DNA of 64,000 nucleotides. Source: Octopus sinensis (lineage: Eukaryota). A program made the translations under genes and the position numbers. The notes beneath the pieces were generated by a model, which saw only the letters and a program-made list of their open reading frames with translations, had not been told where the DNA came from and made no database searches. This document shows, piece after piece, positions 26,307 to 42,658 of this stretch. The first letter of the stretch is position 1; every line of letters starts with the position of its first letter. The DNA lies in assembly GCF_006345805.1 (NCBI RefSeq), contig NC_043026.1:9424001-9488000 (forward strand), written 5' to 3'.

Positions 26307-27430
26307 TCATCATCATCGTCATTTAACGTCCGTTTTCCATGGGTTGGACGATTCGACCGGGGTCTGGTAAGCCATGGGGGCTGCACCAGGCTCTAGTCTG
26401 ATTTGGCAGTGTTTCTACAGCTGGATGCCCTTCCTAATGCCAACCACTCCATGAGTGTAGTATATTCATGAATATCTATAACCCACCACCTAGATACCCT
26501 TTCTATACACAGCATTTCACTTCTTAAACTAATTAATATTGTGTATGCATACTTCAAAGGAAAATGATAACCTAAGTTCTATAAGCTCATAATAACCCTG
26601 AAGAAGTTCTTACCCATATACTTAGAATATGATACCTTTCTTAGTATTTAACCAAATGCTTAGAATTTTTTATCAACCAGTACTGAAACATATATGTAGG
26701 TTCTATAATTTTTTTGAGCTTTACAACTTATAATCAATTTATTTCTATTTTATGTTTTTAAGAGAAATTTTCATCATTTTATAACATACGAATAAATTAT
26801 TCATGCATCCAATTTTTCTCCATTCTCTTTCCTTCAATATATGTATATAATCATCATCATCATCGTTTAACGTCCGTTTTCCGTGCTAGCATGGGTTGGA
26901 CGATTCAACGGGAGTCTGGGAAGCCAGGAAGCTGCACCAGGCTCCAATCTGATCCGGCAGTGTTTCTACAGCTGGATGCCCTTCCTAATGCCAACCACTG
27001 TGAGTGTAATGGGTGCTTTTTACGTGCCACTGGCACAGGTATCACAACTATGATTTCCATTTGATTTTTTGATGTTGACGTACTTGACTCAATAGGTCTC
27101 CACAAGCACAGCAGGTCGCCCTATGATCCAAGGTAAGCACTGCAGGCCGTCCTGCAATCCAAGGCACTTTGGATGGGCTGTGGCTTCTATGTGAAGCTGG
27201 TGCATATATATATATATATATACATGAACTCATGGAGCAGTGATATGAAGCCAAGTGAGATTGTGGTTGTGGCCGATGCCTTGTGTCATGTAACTGGCCT
27301 GTTGAAAGCACCGTTCAATCATTGGGTGATATGCTGAGCTTGTGAAGACCTGTTGAGCAAAATGGAATCGCAGCTGTAGGCGATAGCAATCCTGCCTGGC
27401 TGACACCCGTGACAGTGACAGATGAAAAGC
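26307..27430 (-). mobile_element. Two copies (26307-26460, 26852-27430) of a (GAT)n-tailed retroposon 3' end
   Basis: (CAT)n followed by CGTTTAACGTCCGTTTTCC...GCTGGATGCCCTTCCTAATGCCAACCACT; the family recurs at 35381, 40885, 45973 and 63454. Confidence 0.7.
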
Positions 27431-28074
27431 ACCGTTAAGGGCATTGGGCCTTATGGAGGTAGTGACAGACGACCAAGGCCTTTGGCAATAATAGCCTGCT
27501 TGTGTAGATATGTGAAGCCAGACGAGAACTTAAAATTGACCGCTATGGTCTTTGTAAAAAGTAAGGAATGTTACTACTTCTAGTGTTAACCATTTAGCAT
27601 TTAAAAACCAGCCATACCCTGACCAAATATTCTACCTATTTTATGTTCAAACTAGTCAAACACACACATATATATATACGAAGGGCTTCTTTTCAGTTTC
27701 CATCTACCAAATCCACTCACAAGGCTTTGGTCGGCCCAACGCTATAGTAGAAGACACTTGCCCCAGGTGCCACGCAGTGGGACTGAACCTGATTCAGTGT
27801 CATGACCGATTCTAGTGTCATGTCATTGGCACCTGAGCTAGTGGAATGTAAAAAACACCTACTACATTGTCAGAGTCGTTGGCGTTAGGAAGGGCACCCA
27901 GCCATTGAAACCATGCCAAATTCAGATTGGAACCTGGTACATTCCCACCAGCTTACCAGTTTTCAATCAAGCCGTCCAACCCATACCAGACTGTAAAGCA
28001 GACATTAAATAATGATAATATAATATAGGAAATACCTATATACATAACATGTAATATATTTACTTATACACATA

Positions 28075-28490
28075 GGCGCAGGAGTGGCTGTGTGGTAAGT
28101 AGCTTGCTTACCAACCACACGGTTCCGGGTTCACTCCCACTGCATGGCACCTTAGGCAAGTGTCTTCTAGTATAGCCTCGGGCCAACCAAAGCCTTGTGA
28201 GTGGATTTGGTAGACGGAAACTGAAAGAAGCCTGTCGTATATAAATATATATATATATATATGTATGTATATGTGTGTTTGTGTGTCTGTGTTTGTCCCC
28301 CAAACATCACTTTGACAACTGATGCTGGTATATTTACGTCCCCGTTATATAGCGGTTCGGCAAAAAGAGGCCGATAGAATAAGTTTTAGGCTTACAAAGA
28401 ATAAGTCCTGGGGTCGATTTGCTCGACTAAAAGCAGTGCTCCAGCATGGCCACAGTCAAATGACTCAAAACAAGTAAAAGAGAGAGTAAA
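28075..28490 (+). mobile_element. SINE S1, full length
   Basis: Complete head-to-tail match. Confidence 0.85.
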
Positions 28491-29848
28491 GAGTATACAT
28501 ATATACACACACAAAGACAGGTATGTGGTCTATAATGACTATGCCTGGAAGAGTAACCTCATCATCCCATGCCACTTCAATGTCCTGTAATCTTTTGAAC
28601 CTTTTTCTTCACTTACACTTCAACAGGTTCAATATTCAACACATCTTGTCCTTTGTTTCAATTCCAAAATGAGGAGCTCAAAATGCTTATTGTTCTTATG
28701 AATTGTCACATTGATAGTCACACATCTATATGAATAGATACACATTTAGTGAACACCAAAAGTACCGAGCGGTCATTTATCACCAATTCTGCTTATTACT
28801 TTTTAATTTCTACAACTCTATTGAATGTGCAATCATGAGCATCATATCAAGTATATGTGCATAGATATATATTTTTATGGAGAAAGCCCACAACACTACC
28901 ATTTTAGGAGGAGCTCATGTTTTTAAAAAGCATATCCCACAGGTAAGTTATCTTACAAACTATAGAGGTGGGAAGTTGTTACCACACACAGTTCTTTCTC
29001 CATTCCTGTGTGAATACAGTTGTAGAAAGTGTCCCTTATTTATTTACTTTTTTGTCATAGAAGGAACTTCCACAATTACATCAATTCCCTGATGAGTAGC
29101 TTGGTTAATGCCATGGAGAAAGGCCAGAACACTATCACCAATTTAGGAGGAGCTCAAAATGCTTATTGTTCTTATGAATTGTCACATTGATAGTCATACA
29201 TCTATATGAATAGATACACATTTAGTGAACACCAGAAGTACCGAGCGGTCATTTATCACGAATTCTGCTTATAACTTTTCAATTTCCTTAACTGTATTGA
29301 ATGTGCAATCATGAGCGTCATTTTATTATGTGTATAGATATATAATTTTTGCATGCAAATAAATGATAAAAGAATGTATTTTCAAATCCTTTATTCAATG
29401 CATTTGTTTATACTTAAAATTCGGAGCACTGCATCCTTCAAAACTTCCATGCTTTCTGAGATTCGCCAACACTACACCTGATTTTCTCCGCTCCATACAC
29501 ACACAAGCATGTATCTGACTCATACACTGTTCACTTCCCAGACATTTGTACATTACTGCATATACTTTATACGCACTTTTGACAAGTTGTGGTGCGCCTG
29601 AGCACTGTATGCAATAATTTCATTATTATTATTATTATTATTATTTTAAATAAAGATTTTCAATGACAGCCAAAAATAACTGCTATGGTCCTTGTAAGAA
29701 GAACGAAATGTTGGTATTTGTAGTGTTAACACTTTAGAATTTAAAATGGTCATATCCAGCCAGAATATTCTACCTATTTTATGTTCAAACTAGTCAGAGT
29801 TGACCTCTCACACCTACCCTACAATGTCATTCTGAAAATACACACATA

Positions 29849-30400
29849 GGCGCAGGAGTGGCTGTGTGGTAAGCATCTTGTTTACCAACCACATGGTTCT
29901 GGGTTCAGTCCCACTGCGTGGCACCTTGGGCAATTGTCTTCTACTATAGCGTCGGGCTGACCAAAGCCTTGTGAGTGGATTTGGTAGACGGAAACTGAAA
30001 AGAAGCCCTTCGTATATATATATGTGTGTGTTTGACTAGTTTGAAAATAAAATAGGTAGAATATTTGGTCCGGGTATGGCTGGTTTTTAAATGGTAAATG
30101 GTTAACACTAGAAGTATCAACATTCCTTACTTTTTACAAAGACCATAGCGGTCATTTTTAAGTGTCATTGAAAATATTTATTTAATACAATTTATTTTAA
30201 ATATAAGCAAATGATTGTGTGTTTGTCCCCCCAACATCATTTCACAACCGATGCTGGTGTATTTCCATCGCCGTAACTTAGTGGTTCAGCAAAAGGGATC
30301 GATAGAATAAATACAAGGCTTACAAAGAATACGTCCTGCGGTCGATTTGTTTGACTAAAGAAGGTGCCCGAGCATGGCCGCAGTCAAATGACAAACAAGT
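29849..30400 (+). mobile_element. SINE S1 interrupted by a ~180-bp inverted piece of the ZNF 3' flank (~30030-30210)
   Basis: Head 29849-30020 and tail ~30217-30400; the insert is the reverse complement of the 27530-27660 / 29660-29800 type sequence. Confidence 0.7.
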
Positions 30401-30547
30401 AAGTAACGGGTAAAATCACAACAGCAAACTTTGACAGCTGTGAATGTATGACAAACTGAAAATAATGCCAATAAATAAACATCACATTCGAAAGAAAAAC
30501 CTTCAATATAAAGGGTCTAGTCACCATTTACAGAGAAAAGGCTTTTC

Positions 30548-32382
30548 TCACGTATGAATACGCTTGTGAGAAGTTATGCCACTACGATGAGTGAATGATT
30601 TGCCACAGACATCACAGGGATATGGCTTCTCTCCTGTATGAATACGCTTGTGACTAATTAAAGCACTACTTACAGAAAATGATAGACCACAGATATCACA
30701 GGGATATGGCTTTTCTCCTGTATGAAGACGTTTATGAGTAGTTAGGTTACTGCGAGCAGAGAAAGATTTGTTACAGATGTCACAGTGATGTGGCTTCTCT
30801 CCTGTATGAATACGTTTATGATCGGTCAAAGCACAGTTGCGAGGGAATGATTTACCACAGATATTACAAGAATATGGTTTCTCTCCTGTATGTGTACGTT
30901 TGTGTGAATTGAAAGCACTTCGGTCAGAGAATGATTTACTACAGATGTCACAATGATATGGTTTTTCTCCTGTATGAATACGTTTGTGAGAATTTAAATC
31001 ACTTCGGTTAGAGAATGATTTACCACAGACATCACAGTGATAAGGCTTCTCTCCTGTATGAATACGTTTGTGTTCAGTTAAGTCATTACTTCGAGAGAAT
31101 GTTTTACCACAAATGTCACACCGAAATGGCTTCTCCCCTGTATGAACACGTATGTGTGAATTTAAAGCACTTCGATTAGAGAATGATTTACTACAGATCT
31201 CACAGTGATAGGGCTTCTCCCCAGTATGAATACGTTTGTGTACAGTCAAGGAACTACTTGTAGAGAACAGTTTACCACAGGTATCACAGTGAAATGGCTT
31301 CTCTCCTGTATGGATATATTTGTGTTCAACTAAGTTACAACTCACGGTGAATGATTTACCACAGATATCACAGTGATATGGCTTCTCTCCTGTATGGAAG
31401 CGTTTATGAGTAGCTAAGTTGCCACGTTGAAAGAATGATTTACCACAGATATCACAAGGATACGGTGCCTCTCTTGTATGAATACGTTTGTGATTAGTTA
31501 GGGTACTACTAAGAGAGAAAGATTTATCACAGACATCACAGCGAAATGGCTTCTCTCCTGTATGGAAACGTTTGTGATTAGTTAGGGTACTTCTTAGAGA
31601 GAAAGATTTGTTACAGACATCACAGTGAAATGGCTTCTCTCCTGTATGGACATATTTGTGCTTAGCTAAGTTGTCATTTCGGGAGAATGATTTACCACAG
31701 ATATCACAAGAATATGGTGTCTCTCCTGTATGAATACGCTTGTGATTAGTTAGGGTGCTTCTTAGAGAGAAAGATTTGTTACATACATCACAGGGATGTG
31801 GCTTCTCTCCTGTATGGACATATTTGTGCTTAGCTAAGTTGTCATTTCGGGAGAATGATTTACCACAGATATCACAAGAATATGGTGTCTCTCCTGTATG
31901 AATACGTTTGTGATTAGTTAGGGTGCTTCTTAGAGAGAAAGATTGTTACAGATATTGCAGCGATATGGCTTCTCACCTGTATGAATACGTTTGTGAGAAG
32001 TTAAACTGCTTTTGCTTGAGAGCGATTTGCCACAGATATTACAGGAATATGGTGTCTCACCTGTATGAATACGTTTGTGCTTCGTTAGGGTACTTCCTAG
32101 AGAGAAAGATTTGCTACAGATGTTGCACTGATAAGGCTTCTCTCCTGTATGAATACGTTTGTGATTAATTAGGTTACAATTTACCGTGAAAGATTTGTTA
32201 CAGACGTCACACTGATATGGTTTCTCTCCTGTATGAATACGTTTATGGTCAGCTAAAGCACTGCAGCCAGAAAATGATTTACTGCAGATATTACAGGAAT
32301 ATGGCATCTTCCCTGTATGAACACGTTTTTGCTTATTCAAGCTGCTCCTTTGAAAGAAAGCCTTTTTATAGACATCAGTCAT
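30548..32382 (-). CDS. C2H2 zinc-finger gene ZNF-2, 21 fingers plus a degenerate first finger, one -1 frameshift at ~31943 (pseudogene or assembly error)
   Basis: ORF 31930-32382 and the frame ending at 30548 join if one T is restored in AGAAAGATT(T)GTTACAG; the intervening sequence translates as uninterrupted fingers. Confidence 0.8.
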
Positions 32383-33765
32383 GTGACAATTTTTATCTCC
32401 CCTTTATCTTCTGGAGAAGTCAAATCCTTTAGTTTTCCCTGTTATTCTTCAAAATTCACAATATATATATATATATATATATATTTTCTTCTTGCTTCTA
32501 TAGTCTTTTGTTTACATATATTTCGACTGCTGTATTTCTGTCCAGTGTTACCTTTGTCCCAAAACTCGTTAGTAAATTTATCCAAGTTTAATTTGCAAAG
32601 AGACACATCTTGTAGACACTCCAGCCAGTGAAGTCCAGAAGGTTTGCTAATAACACATTTCAGAGTAAATATATCAGAGGAATTCCACCACAGATTTATA
32701 GAAACAATCTTATATATCTGTTCTGTACAATATTTTCATTTTGGTCTTAAAAGATGATAAATAATGAGAATGTATCTTCAGTTATGCCAATGTCATCTGA
32801 TATTCTGAAACAATAAAGAAACAACAGTGTAAGATATAGAGGCTACTTAAAAAAATACAGATTCAACATTTCCATAGAGGTAAGTTCTACATATTAAAAT
32901 TTACCATGTTGGAGCATCACTTTAAAGGGCTTTAGTCAATCAAATTTTTTGAGCCTTATACCTATTCTATCAGTCTCTTTTGCTAAACCACTAGGTTACG
33001 GGGATATAAACACACCAATACTAGTGGTTAAATGTTGATGGGCCAACAAAAAATGATACACGCACACACACATATATATGTGTGTGTATATATATATATA
33101 TATATATTTTATTTTTGCACTTATTTAAAAGTTCAAACTTGCTTCTTTGCTGCCATTAACGCTAATATTGTGTCCAATACTTGTGTCGGCGCTTGTGTGT
33201 GTGTGTATATGTGTAGATACGCATGTTAGTTTTACGCCTACACGTATGTGTGAGTTTTAACCTTTTTTTGTTAACGTGCTGGTAGATGGAAACTGAAAGG
33301 AGGTCTCATATATATATCATATATATAAATATACATATATATATATATCATATATATCATATACATATATATATCACTTCACTTGATCACTTTGACCGAC
33401 CATATATATATATATATGCACAAACACACATAAATACATTGAGCGCTTAGTGTCAGAGAAAAAAATGCAAATGATGTGATATTAATGAAGATCAACTAAA
33501 TAAAAATTACCCAGAATAAAAGATTATCCATCGCTTCTTGACTAAGTCAATTAACCTCAGACAGAGAATAGAAGAGAGAAAAGAATATTGATTGTTAAAG
33601 ACGAAACATCATCCAGATATCTTATTGACCTTCCTGAATTACAGTCGGGTTGAAAGTTGAGGGAAAATTTCTTGAAAATAAAAGGATCTGCGATAAGTCA
33701 ATGATTCGAACTGCAAGTTCAACGACCCTGGCGACCAATTTTCAGTCGTAAATACGGTACTACTA

Positions 33766-34517
33766 GCGAACAATGGTCCCGGTGCGCGCACTCTCGCTAG
33801 CTAGTCGTAAATAGTCGATCCTACGACATTTTAACGCTAACTTATAACCTAATTTTTTAACCCTAACCCTAATACACCATATATGAAAAAAAAAAACACT
33901 TTCTCGAAATGTATCCGGTACTTATACCGAAGTTACGCCAATGGCGATCCTTCGGTATAAGTACACACGTGGCTTTGTTTACATTTCTGAAGATAACAGA
34001 AGCCCTTTTCTCCCACCCTAAACCCCATATATATAAAAAAAAGCACTTTCTTGAAATGTATCCGGTACCTATACCGAAGTTACGCCAAAAATAAGCCTTG
34101 CATATTCGTTCTTACCCGTTTCGTGTGTGTATGTAAAAATCTGCAAATTTCCAAGCAGAAAACAGAATTGAACTGTCATTTACTTCCACGGAAAATACCC
34201 GAAGTGAAATGGTTTGATTTTTGTCGAGTTATATCGAAAGAATGCCGAAATGTTGAGAAACCAATGCTTTATAATCTATTGAATGTCCGTTTCTTCATAT
34301 AGAGAAGACAAGATTAGTAAGCGGGGCAAAATGAGTAATGTCTCATTTCCTCCTGCGTATTTGGAATTGTTATTTTATAGGTATCGCTGCATAATATTTA
34401 CGGGTACTACTAGTGAACAGTGGTCCCAGTGCGCGCACTCGCGCTTGCTAGTCGTAAGTAGTCGATCCTACATATCAAAGAAAATTAAATAATATTTTTC
34501 GAATAAAGTAAATAATT
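33766..34517. mobile_element. Composite of MITE A, C and D arms in ZNF-2 intron 1, partly inverted relative to ZNF-3
   Basis: GGTACTACTAGCGAAC at 33766, GGCGATCCTTCGG at 33948, CCGAAGTTACGCC at ~34086, TCGAAAGAATGCC at ~34246. Confidence 0.65.
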
Positions 34518-34713
34518 TTTTGCCAACATTTCTGTGGTTGGAGCTTATTTTAAGAACATTTCTCCAACTAAAACACACAACAAATTTAAAAAAGAAACGA
34601 TGGAGCGTGTAGGAGGTTGCCGCCATAGCTAGAAATAGCAGCCAAATTACGCACAAATCCAAAAGTGTCAGAAACACAAAGTATTAAAAGATTAAATGTT
34701 TTCGTTGTTTAAT

Positions 34714-34875
34714 ACTTACGCAAATGTCTTTATAAAGGATGGTGTTGTTGTTGTTATGAGTGCATCAGGTGGTAGAGAAATGTATTATAAATGTGTTTGG
34801 GATTTAATTAAGAGAAATTCGGCCTTTTCCTGATCTAATGAATGGAAGCGGAAGTGTGTTTAATGCGCATGCGTA
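34714..34875 (-). promoter_or_regulatory. ZNF-2 putative promoter, exon 1 and donor
   Basis: TGCGCATGCGTA 34864-34875, GCGGAAGTG 34848-34856, GTAAGT donor 34719-34714. Confidence 0.6.
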
Positions 34876-35020
34876 TAATTTCAAAATTTGGCACAAGGCC
34901 AGCAGTTTCGGGGGAAGGGGTGGTACATAAGTGGATTACTTGGACCCTAGTAGTCAACTGGTATTTATTTTATGGAACCCCAAAATAGCGAAAGGCGAAG
35001 TAGACCCTAACGGAATTAGG

Positions 35021-35582
35021 GGATCTTTTCGGTTTGAACGGCAGTTCTTTTCTAGCGGTGTCATATGAAATTGTCACCCATAATTATGACCCTAGAATCG
35101 ATCTATTGCATTTCAATCTGTTTTAGGGTTAGGGTTAGTTAGGGGTTGGGGAAAGGTTATCTTTTTTTCTTCACAAATGTAAATAAACCCAATCTGTTTC
35201 TTAAACGAGGGACATATTCATACGGCACAGAATGTTTTTTTTTTTTATCTCAATAGACGTCATTGATTGGTTGAAATTGCAGAAATTGAAGAAAACAACA
35301 ACAAATATCTTACAAACTATATAATTTTCTCAATAAAGCCAAGAGAAAAAGATGTTTTATAAACACATTCTACCAGTATACATCATCATCATCGTTTAAC
35401 GTCCGTTCTCCATGCTAGCATGAGTTGGACGGTTCGACCGGGGATCTGGCAAGCCAGAAGGCTGCACCAGGCTCCAGTCGGATCTGGCAGTGTTTCTACA
35501 GCTGGATGCCCTTCCTAACGCCAAAAATCTTTTAGTTACCTCGAAATTATGTTAAAAACTGCCGTTCAAACCGGAAAGATCT
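35021..35582. mobile_element. MITE family E with 8-bp TSD, interrupted by a (GAT)n retroposon at 35381-35523
   Basis: TIR GGATCTTTTCGGTTTGAACGGCAG; flanks GAATTAGG / GAACTAGG. Confidence 0.85.
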
Positions 35583-35830
35583 GAACTAGGGCATACCTAC
35601 ACAAATGAGCCCCACCTCAGATTTGTTACTTCGTAACTGCCAGAAAAAAGGATCATTTTTAATGAAATTTTCGGGGCTCGAGTGCCAGTAAGGCAATGCT
35701 GGTAACGATCACGCTCGAATGGTGTCTTTTAAGTGCCACTGGCACAGGAGCCGGTTAGCCGCTCTGTCAATGATCACACTCGTATGGTGCTCTTTGCACC
35801 CCGCTAGCACAGACACCAGTTATCGATACA

Positions 35831-36723
35831 TGTAACGGCTTTTTATTGATTGGTAAATATTATTAATATTGTTATATTTCGGAAGGGTCATTTTGCCAGT
35901 TTAGCCAATAAAAACACAAACACTATATATTTGGTGTTATTTATTTTTTACATTAACCTTAATCTTATTTCGGCCAGAGTTCTTTCGTCACACTCCTGTG
36001 ACCTCATCAGTGGTCCTTTGTTTTCTTCTTTCTTATTTGTGTCTCTTTCGCAGTTATGATGATAAAAAGTTATTGCTATTGTGATTGCATACCGTAAGAT
36101 GTGAAAGATAGACAATGCATGAAGTTTTTAGGAAATGTTTATTTGTCGTTACGTTACAAATACCTAGCCTCAATGGGCAGGTTTTGAATATCCAAAGGCA
36201 TGCGAAAATTAGATGCGGTAGAATGTTTGAGTTTGGGTTCTCTTCATTGTTTAGTCGTAATTACAGAGAGATATAGAATGATGTTGTAAGAGAAAAGAAT
36301 TAGAGATAGTGAGAGTTGTAGGGTGTGGAACGTTGTGTCACAGTTGCTGGCAGTAAACTTCAATCCTCCCTCTGGCCAATGTTCTAGCTGGTCAGCCAGA
36401 CTTCGTTCTCACTGAGCTGTCACCGGAGTGACTAACTGATTTTTGCTTGGGATGTTCTTGCTTTTATAACTATCCAAAAGGATAGATATATCATTTAGAA
36501 CAATAGATTTAGTTGGTAGTCTTGTTATCTATTCTAGATTATGAAGTAGAAGTGGTTAGAAAGGGTCAAGTGGTGAAGACATTATTTCGGCCTAGCTAAA
36601 GTCATCTGGAAAATGTAAAAACTGCTGTCGGAGAAAAATCATTGTTCCACCATGGGAAAAGTTCTGTAGCAGTGTTGATTTAAATTTGGCTATGGTGGAT
36701 CGAATCCATTTCATGCAAGATTC

Positions 36724-36729
<6 letters not shown>
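35831..36729 (-). mobile_element. Solo-LTR-like element (~900 bp); second copy at 46499-47401
   Basis: TGT...ACA termini, TATA-like TATAAAAG and AATAAA on the minus strand, abutting (TA)n; no TSD could be verified. Confidence 0.45.
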
Positions 36730-36754
<25 letters not shown>

Positions 36755-37695
36755 GCAATAACACAAATCCAACGCTAATAGTATGGAGCACAAAAACATG
36801 TCCACGTAATAAGCCCGGAAGCAAGCTTCTTACCACACAACCATGCTCTACTGGTTTTAATAGTTTCATAACAAAATTCATGCAAGACAAATTCAAAATC
36901 TGGAGGAAATGGCCTTTATTGAAAAAAATACCCACAGGTAAGTTACCTGAGATGTGGTGACATAAACTATAGAGTTGGGAGATTGTGAATACATTTATAG
37001 TTACAGAGTGTCCCCTTTTTTTTTTGCATACTAGGAACTTTGACAATTACAGCAATTCTCTGATGAGTAGCTTGGTTAACGCCATGGAGTAAGCCCAGAA
37101 AACTACCACCAATTTAGGAGGAGCTCAAAATGCTGATTGTTCTTATAAATTGTCACATTGATAGTCATACATCTATATGAATAGATACACATTTAGTTAA
37201 CACCAGAAGTACCGAGTGGTCATTTTTCACCAATTCTGCTTATTACTTTTTAATTTCTACAACTGTCTTGAATGTGCAATCATGAGCATCATATCAAGTA
37301 TATGTGTATAGATATATATTTTTCACATGTAAATAAATGCTAAAAGAATGTATTTTCAAATCCTTTATTCACTGCATTTGCTGATATTTAAAATAAATTG
37401 TATTAAATAAAGATTTTCAATGACAGTCAAAAATTACTGTTATGGTCTTTGTAAGAGGAAAGAAATATTGGTACTTCTAGTGTTAACCCTTTAGCATTCA
37501 AACCAGCCATATTTGATTTAATATCCTACCTAATCAGAGTCGGCTTCTTACACCTACCCAACAATGTCATTCTGAAAATACACACATAGATGCAGGAGTG
37601 GCTGTGTGGTAATTTGCTGTGAATGTATGACAAATTGAAAATAACGTGAATAAACAAACATCACATTCGAAAGAGTAACCTTCAATATAAAGGGT

Positions 37696-39837
<2,142 letters not shown>

Positions 39838-40884
39838 TTATCTTCTGGAGAAGTCAAATCCTTTAGTTTTCCCTGTTATTCTTCAAAATTCACAATATAT
39901 ATATATATATATATATGTCTTCTTCTTTGTACTTCTATAGTCTTTTGTTTGCAAGTATTTCGACTGCTGTATTTCTGTCCAGTGTTACCTTTGTCCCAAA
40001 ACTCGTTAGTAAATTTATCCAAGTTTAATTTGCAAAGAGACACATCTTGTAGACACTCCAGCCAGTGATGTCCAGAAGGTTTGCTAATAACACATTTCAG
40101 AGTAAATATATCAGAGGAATTCCACCACAGATTTATAGAAACAATCTTATATATCTGTTCTGTACAATATTTTCATTTTGGTCTTTAAAAGATGATAAAT
40201 AATGAGAATGTATCTCCAGTTATGCCAATGTCATCTGATATTCTGAAACAATAAAGAAACAACAGTGTAAGATATAGAGGCTACTTAAAAAAATACAGAT
40301 TCAACATTTCCATAGAGGTAAGTTCTACATATTAAAATTTACCATGTTGGAGCATCACTTTAAAGGGCTTTAGTCAATCAAATTTTATGAGCCTGATACC
40401 TATTCTATCAATCTCTTTTGCTAAACCACTAAGTTACGGGGATATAAACACACCAATACTGGTTGTTAAATGTTGATGGGCCAACAAAAAATGATACACG
40501 CACGCACACATATATATGTGTGTGTATATTTTATTTAATTCTTTCACAGGAAGGACTAGTTCGACGAGACGTGTTCTGTCCTCACCTTCGAAACAAGCTA
40601 GAGTTGAACTAGGGACAGCTGATGAAGGGGATTTTTCCTTGTGTAGTTGTCTTGTACTCTGTTTTTTTGTTGTTAAAAAAATGGTGTCCTGTACTCACGT
40701 ATATATATTTATATATGCATGTATATATACATGTAGATGTAGGTACGTACATATATGTTTGTATGTATGCATATATTTTATTTATTACACTATTGTATGA
40801 CTGAGTGCCTTCGCGTCGATTCGATCAGTTTGTTTTGGTTTGGTTTCTTCTTCTTCACTAAGCTGGTTTATATATATATATATA

Positions 40885-41330
40885 TCATCATCATCATCAT
40901 CGTTTAACGTCCGTTCTCCATGCTAGCATGGGTTGGACGGTTCGACCGGGGATCTGGGAAGTCAGAAGGCTGCCCCAGGCTCCGGTCTTATCTGGCAATG
41001 TTTCTACAGCTTGATGCCCTTCCTAATGCCAACCACTCCGTGATTGCAGTGGGTGCTTTTTACGTGCCACCTGCACTGGAGGCAGGCGAGGCTGGCATCG
41101 GCCACGGTCGGATTGGTGCATTTTACGTGCCACCTGCACGGAAGCCAGTCAAGGCGGCACTGGCTTCGGCCACGATTCGGATGGTGTTTTTTACGTGCCA
41201 CCGACACGGAAGCCAGTCGAGGCGGCGCTGGCATTGGCCACGATTCGGATAGTGCTTTTCACGTATCTCCAGTCCAGGGGTCCTGGCATCTGCCAGATGC
41301 CAGTCATAGGATTGGTTCAATTTCGATTTC
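40885..41330 (-). mobile_element. (GAT)n-tailed retroposon with internal ~60-bp subrepeats
   Basis: Same family as 26852 and 63454; repeated TTTTACGTGCCAC...GGCCACGATTCGGATGGTG units. Confidence 0.7.
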
Positions 41331-41765
41331 GAATATATATATATATATATATATCGTTTTCTAAGTGTTTTGCATTCTTGTCCAAGTTTGTATTTTTCTA
41401 CATATAATAATACTATATATATATATGCACAAACACACATAAATACATTGAGCGCTTAGTTTCAGAGAAAAAAATGCAAATGATGTGAAATTAATGAAGA
41501 TCAACTAAATAAAAAATACCCAGAATAAAAGATTATCCATCGCTTCTTGACTAAGTCAATTAACCTCAGACAGAGAATAGAAGAGAGAAAAGAATATTGA
41601 TTGTTAAAGACGAAACATCATCCAGATATCTTATTAACCTTCCTGAATTACAGTCGGGTTGAAAGTTGAGGGAAAATTTCTTGAAAATAAAAGGATCTGC
41701 GATTAGTCAATGATTCGAACTACAAGTTCAACGACTCTGGCGACCAATTTTCAGTCGTAAATACG

Positions 41766-42525
41766 GTACTACTAGCGAACAATGGTCCTGGTGCGCGCAC
41801 TCGTGCTAGCTAGACCGTAAATAGTCGACCCTACGACATTTTAACCCTAACCCTAAACCTAATTTTTTAACCCTAACCCTAACAACCCATATATGAAAAA
41901 AAACACTTTCTCGAAATTTATGCGGTACTTATACCGAAGTTACGCCAATTTATTTGCTTAGTTTAAAAAATGATTTACTTTGTTCAAAAACTATTATTTA
42001 ATTTTCTTTGATAGGAGTGGCTGTGTGGTAAGTAGCTTGCTTACCAACCACATGGTTCCAGGTTCAGTCCCACTGCGTGGCATCTTGGGCAAGTGTCTTC
42101 TGCTATAGCCTCGGGCCGACCAATGTCTTGTGAGTGGATTTAGTAGACGGAAACTGAAAGAAGCCTGTCGTATATATGTATATATATATATATATGTATG
42201 TGTGTGTATATGTTTGTGTGTCTGTTTGTCCCCCTAGCATTGTTTGACAACCGATGCTGGTGTGTTTACGTCCCCGTCACTTAGCGGTTCGGCAAAAGAG
42301 ACCGATAGAATAAGTACTGGGCTTACAAAAGAATAAGTCCCGAGGTCGAGTTGCCTGATTAAAGGCGGTGCTCCAGCATTGCCGCAGTCAAATGACTGAA
42401 AGAAGTTAAAGAGTATGTAATCAGCCTTGAAATACAAACACGCGCAAGTCGTTATAGGATCGACTACTTACGATTAGCTAGCGCGAGTGCGCGCACCGGG
42501 ACCACTGTTCGTTAGTAACGATACC
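41766..42525. mobile_element. MITE family A arms enclosing a SINE S1 (42014-42413)
   Basis: GGTACTACTAGCGAACAATGGTCC at the left and GGGACCACTGTTCGTTAGTA at the right; S1 head and tail in between. Confidence 0.65.
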
Positions 42526-42658
42526 TATAAAATAATAATTCCAAATACGCAGGGAGAAATGGGACATTACTCATTTTGCCCCGCTTACTAATCTTGTCTC
42601 CTCTATATGCAGAAACGAACATTCAATAGATTATAAAGCATTGGTTTCTCAACATTTC

